52,632 nucleotides of DNA from a virus (Duplodnaviria > Caudoviricetes): positions 1-52,632 of the IMG/VR virus record IMGVR_UViG_3300006162_000018; one strand, written 5' to 3'. Each line of letters starts with the position of its first letter. Positions within the stretch are counted from its first letter, which is position 1. The notes under the pieces are model-generated. The model was not told the origin of the DNA. It ran no database searches and was given only the letters and a program-made list of their open reading frames with translations. Of the stretch, positions 46,167-52,632 are shown one piece after another. The position numbers and the translations under genes were made by a program.

Positions 46167-47840
46167 ATGCGCCGCCTCTTCGTGGCGCTCGCGCTTCTGG
46201 TGCTTGGTTCATCAGCCGCACCGGCAAGATTTTTGCCGGGTGGTGGAAGCGCATCGAGTGGCAGCGTCACCAACGTAATCGCCGCCGCGATCACTAACGA
46301 GAACGTGCCTCCTAGCTCGTCTCCGGGCTTTCAGATCGGTGACCTGAGCGCGACCGTGACCGGCGGCGGCCCTTGCACGACCTGCACCTGGACTATGATC
46401 AACACGGGCAGCGCGGCACAGGGCAACGGATGCGGAAGCCAAAGCAACAACTTCCAGGTTGCTAATTTTGGAAGCGGCGCTGCGCACTTAGAGGTGCTGA
46501 GCAGCGGCCTGACCGCTCGGATCTGGGGTGCGACGCCGACGGCAGTATCTTCGTCATCGGAAACATATATCTGCGCCAAGGCGACCCCAGCCGTGGGTGC
46601 GTCTTATGTGTTCGCGTTCTCGATCATCGTGCGCGCCCCGATGATCACCAGCGTCTCGCCGCGGAAGGTTCAGTACACACTAGGCGTGGCACAGTCGATA
46701 CCGCTCTCGGCGACGATATGCTGGACGAATTGCCACCAAGGCGGATCGGCGCCGACGCCGACCTTTACCTTGGGCAGCGATGCGGCCTGCACCGCGTCGG
46801 GCATTTCGATCTCCGGCTCAAGTCTCAATCTCAGCTCGTCCTACGCTGGCGCTGGCGTTTGTCACATTGTAGTTGCGGCGACTGGTGCGAACTGCGCGGT
46901 CCTCGGCTACGTCACGGCTACGCCGACGACGTGCAACGCGGCCGTTAATATCACGCAAGGGGCGTATGTTGGCCCCGGCGACGACTCGGCGCTCGCTGGC
47001 CTCACTTGGTATGTTTGGGCCGAGCCATACGCCTTCAGCGCCGCCTACGCGGCGGCTGGTGGGCCGATCTGGAAGGTCATCCGCGAGAGTGATCAGCAGC
47101 CGTTCACGATCAACGCCCTATCAAACGGCGACATGGACGTTGCCACCATGGCGACCGATTGTGACACGTCGATCTGCGCGCTGGATGATCCGGTGGATCA
47201 GAGTGGCAACAGTCCGGCGAACGATATACCGGCGTGGTCTAATAGTCACGGTTCCCCGCCACCCGTGACTATTTGGCATCCCATAGTATTGTTCAATAGT
47301 ATAAACGGCTCGATGCCGGCTTATAATTCCAGCAATCCTAATGACAGGCTACTGTATAACCCCACCACCTATACTGGCGCAGGAACAACGGGAACGCTTG
47401 GCATCGTCGCCCAAACAATCAGTGTCCCCGGATCTAATAGTTATTTGATGGCATTTAACGACGGGGTGACACCGGGAACATTCTTGTATTTTCCGTCATC
47501 TGGCAACGGCGGCGGTGCGGGCGTGTGGGTTGGGCCGCACAACTTCACCGGGGGAACTGGCATCCAGGATACAGCGCCTGCTGCGGGCGCGTTCCACAGC
47601 ATCATTGCAACCATCAACGGTACGAGTTCGATCCTGGATGCGGATGGCAATCAAACTACGGGAACATTGGGGACTGCGGCTATCAATAAGCCGGCAGGAA
47701 TATTTGGCGATTTCGGCGGCGGCTCCAATACGGGTAACGGCGTCGGCTTCTTTATCTTGGCGTCCGTTCTAACATCAACGCAACTCAGCGTCCTCTGCAC
47801 GTATGACCAGATAAATTTTGCGACGAGTGGGTCATGCTGA
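46167..47840 (+). CDS. Secreted protein with Ig/cadherin-like and AbfB-like modules
   Basis: MRRLFVALALLVLGSSAAPA|RFLPGGGS; YVGPGD linker; VIRESD...DQSGN. Confidence 0.65.
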   Translation: MRRLFVALALLVLGSSAAPARFLPGGGSASSGSVTNVIAAAITNENVPPSSSPGFQIGDLSATVTGGGPCTTCTWTMINTGSAAQGNGCGSQSNNFQVANFGSGAAHLEVLSSGLTARIWGATPTAVSSSSETYICAKATPAVGASYVFAFSIIVRAPMITSVSPRKVQYTLGVAQSIPLSATICWTNCHQGGSAPTPTFTLGSDAACTASGISISGSSLNLSSSYAGAGVCHIVVAATGANCAVLGYVTATPTTCNAAVNITQGAYVGPGDDSALAGLTWYVWAEPYAFSAAYAAAGGPIWKVIRESDQQPFTINALSNGDMDVATMATDCDTSICALDDPVDQSGNSPANDIPAWSNSHGSPPPVTIWHPIVLFNSINGSMPAYNSSNPNDRLLYNPTTYTGAGTTGTLGIVAQTISVPGSNSYLMAFNDGVTPGTFLYFPSSGNGGGAGVWVGPHNFTGGTGIQDTAPAAGAFHSIIATINGTSSILDADGNQTTGTLGTAAINKPAGIFGDFGGGSNTGNGVGFFILASVLTSTQLSVLCTYDQINFATSGSC

Positions 47841-50800
47841 TCCGGCGCTTGTTGCTGGTGGCGGCCCTGCTGATCGGGGTGGCACCCACTGGCTCGGCGC
47901 GGTTCCTGCTGCATAGCGGCGGTTCGAGTGGAACATCCTCGGGTGATGTTGCCAGCATTACCGAGCGAAACACCGGACCATCGACGACACCGGGCTCGAC
48001 TTTTCCCGCGCAATTTGCGGCAAACTTTGCACAGGATGCGGTTCCCGTCGGATCGATTGCCGTGCCGAGCATCGGCGGATCGTCGATTGTCTATCAGAAC
48101 GATTGCGCCGCCGAGGGTTGCCCGATGTGGCCGGCGCACGGCGCTTCGCCGGCATCGTTGAGGCAGGGGATCTTCTCGGTCATTGAGCCGCAGCTCGCTA
48201 GTACTTCTGAGCAGACCGCGCATTTCACGGTGACAGCCGGCTCCTACAATACGACGACAACCGTAACTCCGGCGTCTCTAGCCGCTCATGACGATTGGGT
48301 AATGACCCTGAATCATGTCAATGATTCCTGGGTCAACACTCATCCGGCGGCAATGAATGTCCCGCACGGAACCTATGTCGGCTGCTATGCGGACCCAACG
48401 ACGCACAGCATTACGAGTTGCGGGGTTCAACAGCACGCACCGACCACGACGAGTGGCCTGATTGGGCAGAACTGCTCAAACCAAGGGGCTGGCGCTTGTA
48501 CCGGATACACCTACCTAGCCGGCGTAGCTACAACCACATCCTCCACGCTCCCTAACACGATCTACTTCGACCCAACCGCGAGCCAGCCGTCATTAAATCC
48601 GAATTGCATCAATAACTGCGTGCGTATCGGATCGGTGGTAACCGACGCCACCACGAGCGGCGTGATCCCATCTTTGGCAACCGTGGCCCTCAGCGGCACG
48701 GGCTCGACGACGTCAACCTCGGCGGGCTCATTGGCTGGCGCGACGACACTTACATTCGCCAGCACTCCGACCGCGCCTCAATACGCCTTGGTTGTTGATG
48801 TAAACACTCCATCGGCAATCACGGCCGGGACTTATGTTTCAGTCACGCCGAGTTCGGGAACCGTGACGATCTCGGCGCCGGTTACTGGCCCTGGCGTCGG
48901 ATCTGGCGACACGATCAAGTTCTATACGTTCGTCCAGCTATCGGCGAACGTAACCGCCGGAGGAGTCGCACAGGGTGATAGCGTCAATTTCAGCTATACC
49001 GTGTTGGGCTCGACCGGGACGCCGGCGGCGATCAGCTTCAATCAGACAAACAATCTGGTCACTTCGGTTAATGTTCTTACGCCGGGTTCGGGATACGCGA
49101 CCGAGGGTAGCGGGACATGGGTATTCGATTTTAATACGATCTTGAATGAGTACGGCTCGACTCAGCCGCATCAATGCGATCAGGTTGGCGGAGCCGCGAC
49201 CTTTACCGGAACTGTCTCTGGAACGAGCCTCACATCATCGGCGGTGACCGGCACGATCTCGCTCTTGCAAGTGGTTACCGACTCCGCCACCCCGCCACAC
49301 ACTGCTTTGATCACCGCGGGCTCCGGGTCGAGTTGGACGGTCGCGAACGGCACCCTCGTATCTGGAGCCATGTCGTCGAATGAGCCTCTATGCATCTACG
49401 GTCAGGGCACTGTGGCGGCGAAGTACCAACTCTGGGGGCCGTACATCGACACGACGACTGGTGCGCGGCACCCGTGGCTCTATGGTCGCGGCACCATCGA
49501 GGCGTGGACCAATGGAACCGGCTCTATCGTCGAAACCCGTCCCGTCATGGGAACCACGACGGGAATGGTTTATGTCAACTCGGTAATCCCGAGCTACACC
49601 TTCGACGCTGAGTGGACCGATAACGGAACGACGGTGCGCGGGGCCTCGATAGGATCGTCTGGGTTCAACGCGATCGTACAAGAGAACAACGGCATTTGGT
49701 ATTCGGTTGGGACCACGGCCAACAGTCTCGGGCCGCCGCAGAGCGGTCGGCCGGATTGGAGCGCCAACAGCGATGCTTTCAACAACGTCATCCTAGCTTT
49801 CACGACACCAGACAAGGTGTTGTTTAAGGCGTCAGGTGCGCAACTGCCGCTTAACGATTGCCTGAGCGCCGGGCCACCCCCATCCAACTGTAGCGGGACC
49901 GCTGTTTCGGTAACGCCGGCAATCTTGCCGGCGATCTCGCTTACTAGCTGGGGCTCGCCTTCGACAATGGTGAATACCTACGTGCCGTACACGTTCGGCG
50001 GCATGGATACGAACCTTACCTTGTCGGGCGGCGGCAATCATTGGTGGTTTGGCCCGGTCCCAACGCACGCCATCTATTGGTACGAAAGCACCGATTGCTC
50101 GCCCGTAAGCAGCAGTTGCGACCGCGGCGCATCTTGGCTCAACAATCTTCGGGTTGCGTCGATAGCCGAGCTTGGCACGTTCGATGGAATACGGGAACCC
50201 GCTACCTACAATCCGGTGAACGTCGTCAGCGACACGTCAGTTTTCAGTAACCCAGCTTTCACTGATACAGTGAAAACAAAGTTCAATTTCCGTGGCGACA
50301 CGAATGTCTTCGGAACTGTATCCGGCGGGGCGTATCCACATAGTCTCGATAGATCACTTGACGATCCGACGCACTTCGTTCCTCTTCCGCCCTCTATGTA
50401 TGTCCTCGAAGGCGAGCGCTTTATGCTGGATGGCTTGGAGGGATTTACCTCTGGCGATCAAATACATTACAATCTTACCGGCAACAGCGGCGGCACTACT
50501 CTCGGCAGCGCCACGACGCTCACTTCGCTCGGCACGACGTATTATGGCATATTCCTGGATAATAGCCCGCGCGGTATGGGGTGGTCGTGGGATTCCCTGC
50601 GGGAAAACGCCACTCTTAGCCCGCCGAACGAGCCGATCGGAAAGTATTATAGGTTTCTACAGGAAGAGAACTATGACTTTCAGTTGGCCTTCATACCTTA
50701 CGTCGGAAGCGGAACCGTCGGCAGTAGTCTGACGTTTACGAAGGGATATGATCTCACAAATATCGGTCTATTCACGAGCCCTCAAATCCTTTCAACCAAC

Positions 50801-51952
50801 AACATAGCCCCACTGACAATCCTGTGGCAGGATTACTACTGGCACATGGGTGAGGAAGAAGGCGCCATGTTACAGGGCGTCGGCGGCTCAACAGCGGCGG
50901 CGGCGGTCGATAATATCATCCTCAATAATTACGCCGTCAAGAATCCTGCCGTGAACTGCGTCTTCAATGATCTCTCGTACAGCAATCTTTGGGCCGACGA
51001 GGCGACGCAAGTACCTAATGCTAATTGGGATGCGACCAATCCGGCGACGGCGACGCGCTTCAACGGCTACCGTAACACGACGATTACCGCAATCGGCGGA
51101 CAGTCCGAGGTTTCGGCGTCGCTATTTAATGCGGGATTTAGCGGCAATACTCAGATGACTGCCGCGACAACGGGTGCTGGATCGGCAGTCAATGTCACGT
51201 CTATCCCCGGCAGCGTATTGATCGGCGGCATCATTTACGATCAGACGACGCCGAGCGCTATCGTACCACCTGCGGGATCTAGCTTCGCATGGATTACGGC
51301 GACCGGCGGAACGACTATCACTATGTCGGGAACCACTACAGGCATTACGGCTGGCGATGTGATTCAGGTTTCAGCGAAATTGATTTATCCGCTCAACGGA
51401 GCTAATTCGGCCGCGATCCCTGGCGACAGCATAATTTCGCCGATCAACGCAGATACGGCGGATGAAGGGGTGCCAAATGGCTTTAATATCGGCACCTTTC
51501 CGCCACCGTCCACTCCCTCGATAGTAGGTGGCACGCACTATTATTGGTGTCCCGATCAAAACGGCCTCTCGGTCGGGGCGGCGGCTGGATATATCAGCAC
51601 GACGCACTGCGGGATCGCGAATAGCACCATGACGCCGATCATGTTCACGGGTGGCGTACCGGTCGGCGGCACTTCGGCAGTTAACCAGTTTCAGGTCGGC
51701 TGGGTTCCTAATCGAAGCTGCCCGACTGGTATTCCGGGGCAGTCCTCGGATTGGCAGGGTGGGTCCGAGATCGGCGGCACGCAGTCCTACGGACTCGAAA
51801 TGCTGGCGACCGTCAAATCCGACCAGGCCATCCGCGGCGTGACGGCCGACAACACGGCGGCGATCGCCAACCTCGCGCCGTACTGGCCGCCCTCGTCCCT
51901 GGCCGGGCTCCCGAGCTGGGCGACCTCGCAAACGCTGACGCCGGGTCCGTGA
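47834..51952 (+). CDS. Large secreted protein, possible polysaccharide-lyase-like helical domain
   Basis: MLIRRLLLVAALLIGVAPTGSA|RFLLHSGGSS; aromatic helical region PRGMGWSW...LWQDYYW. Confidence 0.6.
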   Translation: MLIRRLLLVAALLIGVAPTGSARFLLHSGGSSGTSSGDVASITERNTGPSTTPGSTFPAQFAANFAQDAVPVGSIAVPSIGGSSIVYQNDCAAEGCPMWPAHGASPASLRQGIFSVIEPQLASTSEQTAHFTVTAGSYNTTTTVTPASLAAHDDWVMTLNHVNDSWVNTHPAAMNVPHGTYVGCYADPTTHSITSCGVQQHAPTTTSGLIGQNCSNQGAGACTGYTYLAGVATTTSSTLPNTIYFDPTASQPSLNPNCINNCVRIGSVVTDATTSGVIPSLATVALSGTGSTTSTSAGSLAGATTLTFASTPTAPQYALVVDVNTPSAITAGTYVSVTPSSGTVTISAPVTGPGVGSGDTIKFYTFVQLSANVTAGGVAQGDSVNFSYTVLGSTGTPAAISFNQTNNLVTSVNVLTPGSGYATEGSGTWVFDFNTILNEYGSTQPHQCDQVGGAATFTGTVSGTSLTSSAVTGTISLLQVVTDSATPPHTALITAGSGSSWTVANGTLVSGAMSSNEPLCIYGQGTVAAKYQLWGPYIDTTTGARHPWLYGRGTIEAWTNGTGSIVETRPVMGTTTGMVYVNSVIPSYTFDAEWTDNGTTVRGASIGSSGFNAIVQENNGIWYSVGTTANSLGPPQSGRPDWSANSDAFNNVILAFTTPDKVLFKASGAQLPLNDCLSAGPPPSNCSGTAVSVTPAILPAISLTSWGSPSTMVNTYVPYTFGGMDTNLTLSGGGNHWWFGPVPTHAIYWYESTDCSPVSSSCDRGASWLNNLRVASIAELGTFDGIREPATYNPVNVVSDTSVFSNPAFTDTVKTKFNFRGDTNVFGTVSGGAYPHSLDRSLDDPTHFVPLPPSMYVLEGERFMLDGLEGFTSGDQIHYNLTGNSGGTTLGSATTLTSLGTTYYGIFLDNSPRGMGWSWDSLRENATLSPPNEPIGKYYRFLQEENYDFQLAFIPYVGSGTVGSSLTFTKGYDLTNIGLFTSPQILSTNNIAPLTILWQDYYWHMGEEEGAMLQGVGGSTAAAAVDNIILNNYAVKNPAVNCVFNDLSYSNLWADEATQVPNANWDATNPATATRFNGYRNTTITAIGGQSEVSASLFNAGFSGNTQMTAATTGAGSAVNVTSIPGSVLIGGIIYDQTTPSAIVPPAGSSFAWITATGGTTITMSGTTTGITAGDVIQVSAKLIYPLNGANSAAIPGDSIISPINADTADEGVPNGFNIGTFPPPSTPSIVGGTHYYWCPDQNGLSVGAAAGYISTTHCGIANSTMTPIMFTGGVPVGGTSAVNQFQVGWVPNRSCPTGIPGQSSDWQGGSEIGGTQSYGLEMLATVKSDQAIRGVTADNTAAIANLAPYWPPSSLAGLPSWATSQTLTPGP

Positions 51953-52233
51953 TGGAAGAGGGGCACGCGATGATCGTCGCCGGCACCTTGGCCGGGTTTG
52001 GGGCATTGGCGTGGTACGTGCGCAGCAGTGCCGCGATTCAAGCCAAGGCGATGGATAAACTCGCGGCGGCGATCGAGAAGCTGCGGGACCGCCTCGATAC
52101 CATAGGGGCTCCGTCCCGCGCGGAGCACAACCAGCTTGCGGCCCAGGTCAATCAGATCGCGCTGCGGCAGGTGCAGATCGGTACCGAGCTGGAAGAGCTG
52201 CGGCATTCGCGGCGCGAGGGGGATGGGGGGTGA
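51952..52233 (+). CDS. Membrane-anchored coiled-coil protein (possible lysis-module protein)
   Basis: One N-terminal TM segment then coiled coil. Confidence 0.55.
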   Translation: MEEGHAMIVAGTLAGFGALAWYVRSSAAIQAKAMDKLAAAIEKLRDRLDTIGAPSRAEHNQLAAQVNQIALRQVQIGTELEELRHSRREGDGG

Positions 52234-52471
52234 AGTGGATCGCAATGGTGGCGATCCCATAACTTTCGTGCGGGCGATCTTTTTGGTCATCCTGACCGCG
52301 ATTTTTACCCTATCAGGCTGGTCGCTATGGAAGATCAACGAACTGGACGAAGAGATCCATAATAGCTCGGCGCTCCTTGTGATCCTAGAAAACGAGGTCG
52401 TCGAGCTTCATAAGGACGTTCGGAATCTTGAAATCTACACTTATCCGTCACAGAAAATCCCGCCGCAATAA
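52223..52471 (+). CDS. Membrane-anchored coiled-coil protein
   Basis: AIFLVILTAIFTLSGWSLW then heptads. Confidence 0.55.
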   Translation: MGGEVDRNGGDPITFVRAIFLVILTAIFTLSGWSLWKINELDEEIHNSSALLVILENEVVELHKDVRNLEIYTYPSQKIPPQ

Positions 52472-52632
52472 ATACGATTTCACGGTAGTGTCTCAGTCTG
52501 AAATCGGGGCACCCGACTGACGCGGGCGATAGGGGCCGCGCTTTTTCGCTGGAGCCTCTGCTGCCTCAACCAGCGCAACGATATCATCAACAGACCATAA
52601 CCGATCCGAGACGCCAGCTTCCATCGCCGGGC

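Noticed and set aside
37248-51952. Diversity-generating retroelement or invertible shufflon in the fibre region
   Set aside because: No reverse transcriptase or invertase, and no adenine-variant repeat pair or inverted crossover sites seen.
1-52632. tRNA, rRNA, CRISPR array, integrase, endolysin, DNA polymerase
   Set aside because: None recognised by eye; they may lie outside the window, and a tRNA scan was not possible.

Overview
About 52.6 kb of a GC-rich tailed dsDNA phage with podovirus-like architecture (no tail tube or tape-measure gene recognisable). The host is probably an alphaproteobacterium, judged from a dif-like site and an alpha-r8/MmgR-like sRNA. The left ~9.7 kb is accessory/regulatory: pentapeptide-repeat protein, XRE regulator, ASCH-like protein, a DNA methyltransferase inside a transposase-less element (22-bp TIRs, 8-bp target duplication), an RMF-like protein, a ~500-nt highly structured non-coding region, small terminase, dif-like site, a broken C5-methyltransferase and a PEP-CTERM-like secreted protein. 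Then follow large terminase, adaptor/nozzle/ejection genes, portal, GroES-like, scaffold, major capsid and second adaptor. The most unusual part is a ~14.7 kb tail-appendage block (37248-51952) in which 8 of 9 genes carry classical N-terminal export signal peptides and many paired cysteines. All family calls are from motif recognition by eye; no searches or folding programs were run.
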